A stretch of DNA of 47,348 nucleotides from an uncultured Erysipelotrichaceae bacterium (lineage in GTDB: Bacteria > Bacillota_I > Bacilli_A > Erysipelotrichales > Erysipelotrichaceae): the NCBI GenBank assembly GCA_963550455.1, contig CAUVBZ010000001.1:1-47348 (forward strand). Direction: 5' to 3'. The position numbers and the translations under genes were made by a program. Shown one piece after another: positions 12,076 to 21,759 of the stretch (position 1 is the stretch's first letter; every line of letters begins with the position of its first letter). The notes under the pieces were generated by a model, which saw nothing but the letters and a program-made list of their open reading frames with translations, was not told the origin of the DNA and searched no databases.

Positions 12076-13710
12076 ATGGGTCGTCTGGCGTTGTATCAGA
12101 AATATCGTTCACAATCGTTTGCGGAAGTTGTCGGGCAGGAGTATATCGTCCGCAGTATTCAAAATGCCGTTCACGAGCATAAAATCAGCCACGCCTATTT
12201 ATTTTGCGGCCCGCGCGGCACGGGGAAAACGACCATGGCGCGCCTTTTGGCGCGGGCGGTCAACTGCGAGCGGCCGGAAACCGCACCGTGCGGTGAGTGT
12301 GAAAACTGCCGGGCGAGCATGGGCGGAACCCATCCGGATATTGTCGAAATCAACGCGGCCAACGAAACGCATGTTGAAGACATACGCGATCTGATCGACC
12401 GCTCCCGCCTGGCGCCGATGCTGGGCCGCTATAAGATTTACATCATCGACGAGGTTCATCAATTATCATCGAGCGCGGCGTCGGCATTGTTGAAAACACT
12501 GGAAGAACCGCCGGCGCACGTCCTGTTCATTCTGGCGACGACGGACCCGCAAAAGCTGTTGCCGACGATCATTTCCCGCTGTCAACGGTATGATTTTACA
12601 AAGATCGCCACCGATAAAATAAAAAAACACCTGCTGACGATCGCCGAAGCGGAAAATTTCAAGCTGGACGCCGCGGCGGCCGGGCAGATCGCCGTTCTGG
12701 CCGACGGCGGCATGCGGGATTCTTTATCCATCTTGGATCAGGTATACGCTTATGCGGGCGAGCAGATCACGTTGGATGACGTCAATTCCGTTTTCGGTCT
12801 GGCGTCCATGAAAGAAAAGGCGGAAATGTTGGAGGCTGTCTGCACCGGGCAGGTTGAGACGCTGTTAAGGAAATTGAAAGAGGCCGAGGAGCACGGCGTC
12901 GATCTGAAACGGCTGACGCACGATCTGCTGCAGATTCTGAAAGACTGCCTCGTCTATCTCGCCACGCAGAAAGAAAGTCTGCTGCAGGTTGTCGACCAAA
13001 CGACCTGCCGACACATATTGACTTTGCAGGATCGCGGTCAGCTTCTCGACAAGATGCACCGCCTGATGGAGGCGGAAGAACACTATGCCGTCACGCAGTC
13101 CGTCCGCGATTGCTTAGAGGTGGCCTTTCTGGAGATGATGACCCCGGCGCAGGGCGAGCCCTCCACCGCTTCGCCAACGGAAACCGTCACGCCTTTGCCC
13201 GTGGAAGAAAGCGGAGAGAAAGAAGATTCCGTTAAAGCGCTGAGCGAAGAAGAGATATTGCAGATCATGTGCGCCAGCGATAAGACGCATAAGACGCACG
13301 ACCAGGCGAAGTTGGACGCCGTGCGCAGAGACGTCGTCATGAATCGTTACAAGGCGATCTTACAGCAGGCGGAAATCGGTGCCTCGGGAGAAGACGTCAT
13401 TCTCTTTGTCTGCCGCAGCGATGCGGGCGCCAACCAGATCGCCGCGCCGGTATTCAACCGCGGCCTGTATTTCTATCTGAAAGAAAACGGCATCGATAAA
13501 ATGCCCTTCGCGGTTACCGTGGAAAGCTTTCAGGAGGCCGCCGCACAGTTCAAAAAGCGGCTTGCAGAGAAAAATCTGCCCGCCCCATACCGCCCGGCGC
13601 GGTGGGAAAAAGCAAAGCCGGAGAAGGACGAGCAGGCGGAGCTTTGCACAAAGCTGATCGAAACTTTTTCAGAAGAAAATGTGGAAATTATCGATGCGGA
13701 AGGAGCGTAA
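12076..13710 (+). CDS. dnaX: DNA polymerase III subunit gamma/tau
   Basis: GPRGTGKTT, Cys zinc module, IIDEVH, SRC motif. Confidence 0.96.
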   Translation: MGRLALYQKYRSQSFAEVVGQEYIVRSIQNAVHEHKISHAYLFCGPRGTGKTTMARLLARAVNCERPETAPCGECENCRASMGGTHPDIVEINAANETHVEDIRDLIDRSRLAPMLGRYKIYIIDEVHQLSSSAASALLKTLEEPPAHVLFILATTDPQKLLPTIISRCQRYDFTKIATDKIKKHLLTIAEAENFKLDAAAAGQIAVLADGGMRDSLSILDQVYAYAGEQITLDDVNSVFGLASMKEKAEMLEAVCTGQVETLLRKLKEAEEHGVDLKRLTHDLLQILKDCLVYLATQKESLLQVVDQTTCRHILTLQDRGQLLDKMHRLMEAEEHYAVTQSVRDCLEVAFLEMMTPAQGEPSTASPTETVTPLPVEESGEKEDSVKALSEEEILQIMCASDKTHKTHDQAKLDAVRRDVVMNRYKAILQQAEIGASGEDVILFVCRSDAGANQIAAPVFNRGLYFYLKENGIDKMPFAVTVESFQEAAAQFKKRLAEKNLPAPYRPARWEKAKPEKDEQAELCTKLIETFSEENVEIIDAEGA

Positions 13711-13716
13711 AAAAAT

Positions 13717-14016
13717 ATGGATATGCAACGTTTGATGCAGCAGGCGAATGCCATGCAGCGGCAGTTGAAAAAAATTGAGGGAGAACTGGAAGCGACGGTC
13801 TATACCGGCCAAAATAACGGCGTGGAAATACAGATCAACGGGAAACATGAAGTCGTAAGCGTCTTGATTCCGGCCGATCTGCTGAGCGGCGAAAATCAGG
13901 AGATGGTGCAGGATTTAATTCAGCTGGCGGCGAATCAGGCCGTCAAAGCGGCGGATGAAGACCGTCAGGCAAAAATGGGAGTCCTGACGCAGGGCGTCAG
14001 CTTTCCGGGGGTATAA
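13717..14016 (+). CDS. ybaB: YbaB/EbfC nucleoid-associated protein
   Basis: MQRLMQQANAMQ...QDLIQLAANQA; located between dnaX and recR. Confidence 0.9.
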   Translation: MDMQRLMQQANAMQRQLKKIEGELEATVYTGQNNGVEIQINGKHEVVSVLIPADLLSGENQEMVQDLIQLAANQAVKAADEDRQAKMGVLTQGVSFPGV

Positions 14017-14018
14017 CG

Positions 14019-14621
14019 ATGTACCCGGCGAGTCTGCAGCGGCTGATCGCCGCTTTCCGACAATTACCGGGCGTCGGCGAAAAAACGGCCGAGCGCTATG
14101 CGTTGTCGATCGCCACACAGCAGGAGCAGTCGGCGATACAGCTCGCCCAGGCCGTCCTGGATGTGAAAAAAAATCTGCGCCAATGTCGAACCTGCGGCAA
14201 TTTCAGCGAAGAGGACGAATGCCTCATCTGTCAGGATAAAACCCGAAATCACAGACAAATTTTCGTCGTTCAGTCGCCGAAAGATGTGCTGGCCATGGAA
14301 AATTCCCAAGCCTATCACGGCGTTTACCATGTTTTGAACGGGCTGATTTCACCCGCAAAAGGCATCCTGCCGGACGATCTGAACATCGCTTCTTTAATAC
14401 GGCGGGTTCAAGACGCGGAAGAAGTGATTCTGGCGACGGACGCGACAATGGACGGCGAAACGACGGCGCTTTATTTGAATAAAGTATTGCAGAAACGATA
14501 CCCGCATGTGCTGATCACGCGGATTGCCCACGGCATTCCGGCCGGGGGTATGCTGGACTACGCCGACGAGATCACCCTGCACCATGCGTTTGTCGATCGA
14601 AAAAAGCTTGAAACGGAGTAA
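14019..14621 (+). CDS. recR: Recombination mediator RecR
   Basis: LPGVGEKTAER HhH, C4 zinc finger, TOPRIM domain. Confidence 0.96.
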   Translation: MYPASLQRLIAAFRQLPGVGEKTAERYALSIATQQEQSAIQLAQAVLDVKKNLRQCRTCGNFSEEDECLICQDKTRNHRQIFVVQSPKDVLAMENSQAYHGVYHVLNGLISPAKGILPDDLNIASLIRRVQDAEEVILATDATMDGETTALYLNKVLQKRYPHVLITRIAHGIPAGGMLDYADEITLHHAFVDRKKLETE

Positions 14622-14637
14622 AGACGAAAGGAGCGCT

Positions 14638-16302
14638 ATGAATCAAGATCTGGAAATTGCCCGCACCGTTCAACCGGAAGCGATTGACGCCGTTGCGCGA
14701 TCCATCGGCATTTTAGACGAGGAAGTTACGGCTTACGGAAAAGACAAGGCGAAGATCAAGGGCACATGGAAGCGCCTGCACGATCGGCCGGACGGCAAGC
14801 TCATTTTGGTGACGGCGATGACCCCGACCCCGGCCGGGGAAGGGAAATCGACAACGACGATCGGTCTGGCGGACGGCTTGCACAAGCTGGGTAAAAAAAC
14901 GATCGTCTGTCTGCGCGAACCGTCGATGGGCCCGGTTTTCGGCTTAAAAGGCGGAGCCGCCGGCGGGGGGCATGCGCAGGTCATTCCGATGGAATCGATC
15001 AACCTGCATTTTACCGGCGACATGCATGCAATCACGGCGGTGAACAATCTGATCGCCGCCATGCTGGACAACAGCATCTATCAGGACAACCCTCTGCAGA
15101 TCGATGCGAACCGGGTCGTATGGCCGCGCTGTGTCGATATGAATGACCGCCCCCTGCGCACGATCACCATCGCGCAGGGCGCCAGGATCAACGGCGTCGA
15201 AAGACAGGATCATTTCGTCATCACCGTTGCGACGGAAGTGATGGCGGTCTTGTGTTTAAGCAAGAATCTGCGCGATTTTCAGGATCGCATCGGCCGCTGT
15301 ATCGTGGCTTATACCTTTGACGGCCGGCCGGTAACGGTGCGCGACCTGCACGCCGACGGTGCCGCGGCCGTATTGATGCAGGAGGCGATACACCCCAATC
15401 TGGTTCAGACCCTGGAGCATACGCCGGTTTTCATTCATGGCGGCCCTTTCGCCAATATCGCCCACGGCTGTAACTCCCTGATCGCCACCGGAACCGCCTT
15501 GAAGCTGGCCGATTATGTTGTCACCGAAGCGGGCTTCGGAGCGGACCTCGGAGCGGAAAAATTTTTCGATATCAAATGTCGCATCGGAGGACTGAAACCG
15601 TCCGCCGTCGTACTTGTGGCCACTATCCGCGCCCTCAAGTCGCACGGCGGTATTTCCCGGGAAAAACTGCGGGAGGAAAATGTCGCCGCCCTGCTGGCCG
15701 GGACGGTCAACCTTGAAAGGCATATCGCCTCAATCAAGGCGTTCAATCTGCCCTTTATCGTCGCCATCAATCGCTTTGTTGACGATACGGAAGCGGAAAT
15801 ACAGGCCCTGCGCGACTGGTGTCGCAAGCACGATTATCCGGTTGCGGAAAGTCAGGGTTGGGCGAAGGGCGGCGAAGGATGTCTGGAACTGGCGGAAAAA
15901 GTGACGGATTTATGTCGGCAGCCGAATAATTTCCATCCGCTGTATGAAGAAAATCTTTCGTTAACGGATAAGGTACGCGTCATTGCGGAAACGGTCTACG
16001 GCGCCGCCGACGTCGAATGGAACCCGCAGGCTGCGGAAAAACTTGCCGCCTGGCAGACGGGCGGTTACGGAAACCTCCCGGTATGCATGGCCAAGACGCC
16101 GCTTTCCTTGAGCGACGATCCGAAACAGCTTGGTCGGCCGGAGAACTTCACCCTGCATGTGCGGGATGTTTCTCTTTCCGCCGGCGCCGGCTTTGTCGTT
16201 GTCTACACCGGCAACGTGCTGACGATGCCGGGCCTGCCCAAAGACCCGGCCGGAGCGCATATGGGGCTGGATGCGGCCGGCAATGCGTATGGAATATTTT
16301 AA
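14638..16302 (+). CDS. fhs: Formate--tetrahydrofolate ligase
   Basis: TPAGEGKSTT, GGAAGGG, HGGPFANIAHGCNS, TEAGFGADLGAEKF. AAAGGAG RBS before ATG at 14638. Confidence 0.97.
   Translation: MNQDLEIARTVQPEAIDAVARSIGILDEEVTAYGKDKAKIKGTWKRLHDRPDGKLILVTAMTPTPAGEGKSTTTIGLADGLHKLGKKTIVCLREPSMGPVFGLKGGAAGGGHAQVIPMESINLHFTGDMHAITAVNNLIAAMLDNSIYQDNPLQIDANRVVWPRCVDMNDRPLRTITIAQGARINGVERQDHFVITVATEVMAVLCLSKNLRDFQDRIGRCIVAYTFDGRPVTVRDLHADGAAAVLMQEAIHPNLVQTLEHTPVFIHGGPFANIAHGCNSLIATGTALKLADYVVTEAGFGADLGAEKFFDIKCRIGGLKPSAVVLVATIRALKSHGGISREKLREENVAALLAGTVNLERHIASIKAFNLPFIVAINRFVDDTEAEIQALRDWCRKHDYPVAESQGWAKGGEGCLELAEKVTDLCRQPNNFHPLYEENLSLTDKVRVIAETVYGAADVEWNPQAAEKLAAWQTGGYGNLPVCMAKTPLSLSDDPKQLGRPENFTLHVRDVSLSAGAGFVVVYTGNVLTMPGLPKDPAGAHMGLDAAGNAYGIF
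15651..15666. promoter_or_regulatory. Putative Noc-binding site (NBS) inside fhs
   Basis: TATTTCCCGGGAAAAA, 15/16 match to TATTTCCCGGGAAATA; a noc gene is present in the window. Confidence 0.5.
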
Positions 16303-16311
16303 GGAGAAATC

Positions 16312-17223
16312 ATGAGCTCGATCGCCTATGCTACAGATGAAAAAATGCTTGCATACCATCGGCTTTGCGGGAACCGCGACGCAAATTTCTGGCGTCTGTC
16401 CGACAAAGCGGATTTCAAGAACTTTCAGCCGGGCGATCTGTTATTTTTCTATGCCCGCCCGCAAGGCAGCCGCCGCAAGGGACTTGTCGGATACGCCCAT
16501 TTCGCGGGGGCCAGCTTATTGAGCCTTACGCAGATGTGGAAGACGTACGGTACCAAAAACGGCTATGACAACATGGACCAGTTGCGGCAGGCGATCGAAA
16601 AGGCCAGCCGCGACCATCAGCTGCCGGCCCGCATGATGTGTCTGTATCTGAAAGATGTGATTTTCTTCCAGGGCGTTCTTTATCCGAAAGACGTCGGCAT
16701 CACCATTCATGAAAAACTGGAAAGCTATACGTATCTTGATCAAAGCGACCCTTCCGTCACCGTGCGGATTTTGGAAAAAGCGGAAGAGATCGGCATCGAT
16801 CGCTGGACGATGGCGACCGCCAAACGCGACGAAGCGATTTTTCAAAAAGATGCGATACAGTACCAGTTAGCCTGTCTGGAGAAAAAGATTGCGCCGCTCG
16901 TTCTTTCCGCAAATGAGCAGAAGCGCGCCGAGCGGTTAATGAAGAGAACGTTTGCCAACCGCCCCGGCTGGCGGCGTATCAGCCGCGCCGGACCGGAGCG
17001 GTATTATCCGGATACGGCGAAAGGTATTGTGCACGTGGCGACGCCGCTTTTGTATACCCGTAAATATGCTCAACAGCTTCAAAGCGCGCTCGGCCGCCTG
17101 GTGCTGTTCCGGCTTCTGTTGGAAAAAGAAAGCGCGCACGTTGCGAAAGTCCGGATTCAGCTTGTCGAAGAAAAGCCGCTTCCCGAGACGGACGCATTGG
17201 TACAGAAGCTCAACACTTTATGA
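16312..17223 (+). CDS. Uncharacterised protein with N-terminal PUA/EVE-like domain (303 aa)
   Basis: TD...NFW...FKNFQPGDLLFFY...LVGYAHF...MWKTYGTKNG resembles the N-terminal domain of a family of putative HNH restriction endonucleases; no HNH motif here. AAGGAG RBS; stop overlaps mnmG ATG. Confidence 0.75.
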   Translation: MSSIAYATDEKMLAYHRLCGNRDANFWRLSDKADFKNFQPGDLLFFYARPQGSRRKGLVGYAHFAGASLLSLTQMWKTYGTKNGYDNMDQLRQAIEKASRDHQLPARMMCLYLKDVIFFQGVLYPKDVGITIHEKLESYTYLDQSDPSVTVRILEKAEEIGIDRWTMATAKRDEAIFQKDAIQYQLACLEKKIAPLVLSANEQKRAERLMKRTFANRPGWRRISRAGPERYYPDTAKGIVHVATPLLYTRKYAQQLQSALGRLVLFRLLLEKESAHVAKVRIQLVEEKPLPETDALVQKLNTL

Positions 17224-19109
17224 ATGCATATGAAATTATCGTGATCGGAGCCGGGCATGCCGGTATTGAAGCGGCGCTGGCCGCCGCCCGCCTTGGACAT
17301 TCGACATTATTGGTGACATTGCGGATGGAGAATATCGGCAAGATGCCCTGCAATCCGAGTATCGGCGGGCCGGCCAAAGGCATCGTCGTTCGCGAAATCG
17401 ACGCTCTGGGCGGGCAGATGGCGTTCACCGCCGACCGTACCGCCCTGCAGTTCAAGATGCTCAACAGCGCCAAGGGGCCGGGCGTGCGCGCGCTGCGCGT
17501 GCAGTCGGACAAGCTCGCCTACGGGCAGATGATGCAAAAGATCTGTCGGCATACGGAAAATCTGGAAGTCAAAGAAGCGATGGTGACCAGTCTTCTGGTG
17601 GAGAACGGGAAAGCCGCCGGCGTTGTATTGAAAGACGGCAGCGTCATCCGTTCCGCCATCGTTATTCTGACGGCGGGAACGTATATGGCCGGCTTAAACA
17701 TGATCAGCGCGGAAGTGGTTCCGGGAGGGCCCGATCGGGAAGAGACGACCGGCGCGCTGTCTGCGTCCCTGCGGGAGGCGGGTATCCGGACCGTGCGCCT
17801 CAAAACCGGAACGCCGCCGCGCGTTTTGACGTCGTCCATCGATTTTTCTAAACTGGCGCGCGAAGACGGCACGCCGGAATTTCTCGCTTTTTCCGATCGC
17901 ACGACGTCCATTCGTCCCTTTGCCGAACAGCTTCCCTGCTACATCACCTATACCCGTCCGCAGACCCACGAAATCATTCTGCGGAATCTGCAGAAATCCT
18001 CCATGTATTCCGGCGTTGTAAAAGGAAGAGGACCGCGATACTGTCCGAGCATCGAAGACAAGCTGGTGCGCTTCAAGGATAAACCCCGGCATCAGCTTTT
18101 TCTGGAGCCGGAGTCTTTGGCGATGGATACGACCTACGTACAGGGTTTTTCCACCTCCCTGCCGCGAGATGTACAGGAAGAAATGACGCACAGCCTGCCC
18201 GGATTTGAACACTGCGTCATCCGCAAATATGCGTATGCGATCGAATATGACGCGATCGACCCGGTACAGATGAAGGTGAGCGAAGAATCCAAGATCATCG
18301 AAAATCTGTTCACCGCCGGACAGGTCAACGGCACTTCCGGCTATGAAGAAGCCGCCGGTCAGGGCCTGCTTGCCGGCATCAACGCCGTGCGGAAGCTGGA
18401 GGGGAAAGAGCCGATCGTCTTAAAACGCGATCAGGCGTATATCGGCGTCCTGCTGGACGATCTGACCACCAAGGGAACGCTGGAGCCGTATCGTCTTTTG
18501 ACCAGCCGGGCTGAATTTCGCCTGCTGCTGCGGCATGACAATGCGGCCGAACGCCTGCTCGAAATCGGCCGGGAAGTCGGACTGGTCAGCAGCGAACGCT
18601 ACGCCGCCTATCGCCTCCGGCAACAGAAGCTGCACGATCTTTGCCGCCATCTCGACGAGCTGGTAATCGCCAAGGACGACCCGCGCCTGACGGATTACTT
18701 TCTGGAAAACGGCGGTTTCGAAGAACATAGCCGTATCCATGCCGCACAGCTGCTGAAGCGTCCGGGCTTTGAAAGCGCGCAGCTGTTGAAACGGCTGGGC
18801 GAAGAGGCGGACGAAAGCCTTTGCCGGAAGGCGGATATTGAAATCAAATATGCCGGCTATATTGCCAAGGCCAAACGGGAAGCCGCGAAATTGGCGGCGA
18901 TGGAGAATCAGGTGCTGGGCGCGGATTTTGACTATGACGCCGTCGCGAACCTGTCGCTTGAGGGACGTCAGAAGCTGCAATTATACCGACCGCATACCAT
19001 GGGGCAGGCTTCGCGTATTTCCGGCGTCAATCCGGCCGATCTATTGGTTCTGGCGATGGCGCTCAAGAGAAAAACCGACAAACCGATCAAAGAAAGTACG
19101 ATAAAATAA
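17220..19109 (+). CDS. mnmG: tRNA uridine-5-carboxymethylaminomethyl(34) synthesis enzyme MnmG (GidA)
   Basis: GAGHAG, MPCNPSIGG, GPRYCPSIEDK, AGQVNGTSGYEEAA. Confidence 0.98.
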   Translation: MNAYEIIVIGAGHAGIEAALAAARLGHSTLLVTLRMENIGKMPCNPSIGGPAKGIVVREIDALGGQMAFTADRTALQFKMLNSAKGPGVRALRVQSDKLAYGQMMQKICRHTENLEVKEAMVTSLLVENGKAAGVVLKDGSVIRSAIVILTAGTYMAGLNMISAEVVPGGPDREETTGALSASLREAGIRTVRLKTGTPPRVLTSSIDFSKLAREDGTPEFLAFSDRTTSIRPFAEQLPCYITYTRPQTHEIILRNLQKSSMYSGVVKGRGPRYCPSIEDKLVRFKDKPRHQLFLEPESLAMDTTYVQGFSTSLPRDVQEEMTHSLPGFEHCVIRKYAYAIEYDAIDPVQMKVSEESKIIENLFTAGQVNGTSGYEEAAGQGLLAGINAVRKLEGKEPIVLKRDQAYIGVLLDDLTTKGTLEPYRLLTSRAEFRLLLRHDNAAERLLEIGREVGLVSSERYAAYRLRQQKLHDLCRHLDELVIAKDDPRLTDYFLENGGFEEHSRIHAAQLLKRPGFESAQLLKRLGEEADESLCRKADIEIKYAGYIAKAKREAAKLAAMENQVLGADFDYDAVANLSLEGRQKLQLYRPHTMGQASRISGVNPADLLVLAMALKRKTDKPIKESTIK

Positions 19110-19186
19110 ACGCGGGATAAAGGAGCAGGCTGAGAAAGGAGAGCGATACGGTTGAGACATGTGAAACCGGTATCCGTAAAGATGAG

Positions 19187-19801
19187 ATGAATTGGCAGGA
19201 AGTTGTTTCGGATGTGGAAATATTCGGCTTGGACGGCGCGGTAAAGGGCGCCAAATATTCCTATGCCGTCGATCCGAAGACGATCGATGCGGCGATTACG
19301 CCGACGACCGTCAAGCTCGCTCAGGCGGCGATCGGCAGCGGACACGATAATTTTCTGAACGGCGTGATCGTGCAGTTCGATCTTTGCTTTTCAAATAAGG
19401 CGTGGGTGGAAGCGGAGCGATACCATTTTCTGGATTTCGTCAGCTCGCAGTCGACCATGCATCGGATTACGAAGTTCAATCTCGACGAGGCGTACATCGC
19501 GTATACCGATCCGCGGATGATCGCCATCATGAAAGAAAAAGTGGAAGCGTATAATCGCTTTGCGGCTTCCCTTTTCACAGCGTCGGACAGTAAAGATAAA
19601 CAGCGTCTGGACGAAATGTATCTGGAGATTCTTTATTCCAACCCGGCCGGTTTCCGGTTACATGCACGCATGACGACAAATTATCGTCAGCTGAAAACGA
19701 TCTATCACCAGCGTCGTACCCACCGTCTGCCGGAATGGCGCGCCTTCTGCGCCTGGATTGAGACGTTACCGCATGCGGAGTTTATCGTCGACCATGCCTA
19801 G
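19187..19801 (+). CDS. Divergent ThyX (flavin-dependent thymidylate synthase)-like protein (204 aa)
   Basis: GHDNFL (cf. ThyX GHxSxxE), ERYHFLDFVSSQSTMHR (cf. RHRxxSxxxxSxR), MTTNYRQLKTIYHQR...HRLPEW (cf. TxNxRxLxxFxxxR...HAQxEI). Confidence 0.6.
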   Translation: MNWQEVVSDVEIFGLDGAVKGAKYSYAVDPKTIDAAITPTTVKLAQAAIGSGHDNFLNGVIVQFDLCFSNKAWVEAERYHFLDFVSSQSTMHRITKFNLDEAYIAYTDPRMIAIMKEKVEAYNRFAASLFTASDSKDKQRLDEMYLEILYSNPAGFRLHARMTTNYRQLKTIYHQRRTHRLPEWRAFCAWIETLPHAEFIVDHA

Positions 19802-21005
19802 AGGCATAGGAAAATTCGCGGCGCTCACTTTGGCTCTGTTGTTGGCGGGATGTGGCGCTTCGACGCCGACGGCGCCGTCTCCGTCGCCGATAGAAGCGTC
19901 GCTGAAAGCCGATACGCCGGAATACGGCATGTGGTGGTCGTATCGGGATTACGAACGCGATCTGAAAGATAAGACGGAGGAGGAAGCGCGCGCGATCATT
20001 GATCAGGCGCTGGCAAACATGCAGTCGCTCGGCATCAACCGCGTCTATGTGCACGCTGTCAGTTTCACGGATGCGTTTTACGACAGCGCCATCTATCCGC
20101 GCTCGCTCTATTTAGGCCAGGGCTCCTACGACGCCTTGAAACTGTTTACCCAGCTGGGACATCAGCGGGGAATGAAAATCGACGCCTGGATCAACCCGAT
20201 GCGCTCCCTGACGGTTGAAGAAGCCGCCGCGGCGAACGTCAATCCGACGATTGCCGGCTGGATTCAGGAAAATAACGAGCGGATTCGACAGGTCAAGGGG
20301 CGGTATTACCTGAATCCGGCCTATGACGAGTGCCGCCGGCTGATCACGTCGGTCGTGCAGGAAATTTTGGAAAAGGAAGACGTCGACGGCATCCATATGG
20401 ACGATTACTTTTACCCGGCCGGCGTCGAGAAGAAGTTTGACGCGTATGTCTTTTCTCTGGAGCAGGAAAATAATCCGGAAATGACGCTGGAAGATTTTCG
20501 CCGGCAGTCGGTGAACCGGCTTGTTCAGTCCATTCATGATACGGTCAAGGCCAAGAGCCCGTCTTTGCTGTATGCCGTTTCGCCGGCCGGAAATATGGAG
20601 AATAACCATCGGCAGATTTACGCTTGGCCCGAAGACTGGGTGAAAGCCGGCAGTGTCGACGCCCTGATGCCGCAGATCTATTGGGGCTTCGCGCATCCGA
20701 TCAAGCCGTTTACCGAAACTCTGCAGGAGTGGCAAACGCTGACCGCCGGCACCGAAGTGCGGATGATTCCGGGGCTGGCGGCGTATAAGATCGGGAAACC
20801 GGATTATTATGCGTCCGATCAGGCTTCGCAGGAATGGGTCGAGCAGAGCGATATTTTAGGACGTCAGACGACACAGGCGCTGGCGGCCGGCTGTCAGGGA
20901 GCGGCTTACTTTGACTACGGTACGCTGTTCGCGCCGGCGGACGAAATTAAGGAAAATGTGGAAAATGAAATTGTCCACATTAAAAGTGCGACACGGAAGC
21001 CCTAA
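19794..21005 (+). CDS. Lipoprotein, glycoside hydrolase-like family 10 (GHL10/YddW-like)
   Basis: Lipobox LLAG-C; DAFYDS.IYP, AWINPMR, YLNPA, DGIHMDDYFYP, PQIYW motifs. Confidence 0.85.
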   Translation: MPRGIGKFAALTLALLLAGCGASTPTAPSPSPIEASLKADTPEYGMWWSYRDYERDLKDKTEEEARAIIDQALANMQSLGINRVYVHAVSFTDAFYDSAIYPRSLYLGQGSYDALKLFTQLGHQRGMKIDAWINPMRSLTVEEAAAANVNPTIAGWIQENNERIRQVKGRYYLNPAYDECRRLITSVVQEILEKEDVDGIHMDDYFYPAGVEKKFDAYVFSLEQENNPEMTLEDFRRQSVNRLVQSIHDTVKAKSPSLLYAVSPAGNMENNHRQIYAWPEDWVKAGSVDALMPQIYWGFAHPIKPFTETLQEWQTLTAGTEVRMIPGLAAYKIGKPDYYASDQASQEWVEQSDILGRQTTQALAAGCQGAAYFDYGTLFAPADEIKENVENEIVHIKSATRKP

Positions 21006-21039
21006 ACGGGTGTAAAATGAGCATCATGCAGGAGTGCGG

Positions 21040-21759
21040 ATGACGGAAAAAGAACTGCATATCCGGGCGAAGGCGCTTGGAATTACGCTGACCGATACCA
21101 TGTTGGAAAAACTGCGCCTCGACGCGCGGCTGCTTTTGTCATGGAATGAAAAAATCAATTTGACGGCAATTAAAACCGAAGCGGCGGTTTATGAAAAACA
21201 TTTTCTGGACTCTTTGCTTCTGCTGAGTCAATGGGATATTCAGGGACAGCTGTTGGATGTGGGCAGCGGCGCCGGCTTTCCGGGCGTCGTTCTGGCCGTC
21301 GCCCGCCCGGATCTGTACGTCACGTTATTGGAGCCGACGGGGAAACGATGCGTCTTTCTTGCGGAAGTGAAAAAACAGCTGCAGCTGGAACGGGTGACGA
21401 TCGAGCAGGCAAGAGCCGAAGATTTTGTCAAGGAAAAGCGCGAACAGTATGATTGTGTGACGGCAAGAGCGGTGGCGCCCTTGCCGATTCTTGCCGAGCT
21501 GTGCATTCCGTTGGTGAAAGTCGGCGGTCTGTTTCTGGCGATGAAGGGAGCGCAGGGCGAAGCGGAAGCGGACAGGGCGGGCGAGGTCTATCGCCGGCTT
21601 GGCTGTGATGAGCCGTTGTGTAAAACCGCCGTCTTGTCGGAAAGCGGCATGCGCGTCAATCTCGGCGCGCGTAAAGTGAAAAAGACGCCGCCGCTCTATC
21701 CGCGCCCTTACGGAACGATTAAAAAGAAACCGCTGGAGGGAATATGGCGGGGCTCCTGA
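21040..21759 (+). CDS. rsmG: 16S rRNA m7G527 methyltransferase RsmG (GidB)
   Basis: NLTAI, KHFLDSL, DVGSGAGFPG, TARAVA. Confidence 0.96.
   Translation: MTEKELHIRAKALGITLTDTMLEKLRLDARLLLSWNEKINLTAIKTEAAVYEKHFLDSLLLLSQWDIQGQLLDVGSGAGFPGVVLAVARPDLYVTLLEPTGKRCVFLAEVKKQLQLERVTIEQARAEDFVKEKREQYDCVTARAVAPLPILAELCIPLVKVGGLFLAMKGAQGEAEADRAGEVYRRLGCDEPLCKTAVLSESGMRVNLGARKVKKTPPLYPRPYGTIKKKPLEGIWRGS

Noticed and set aside
19145..19173. Hairpin with a parS-like half site (CATGTGAAAC) upstream of the ThyX-like gene
   Set aside because: The left half does not match parS and there is no recognisable riboswitch core; may be a weak terminator or RNA stem.
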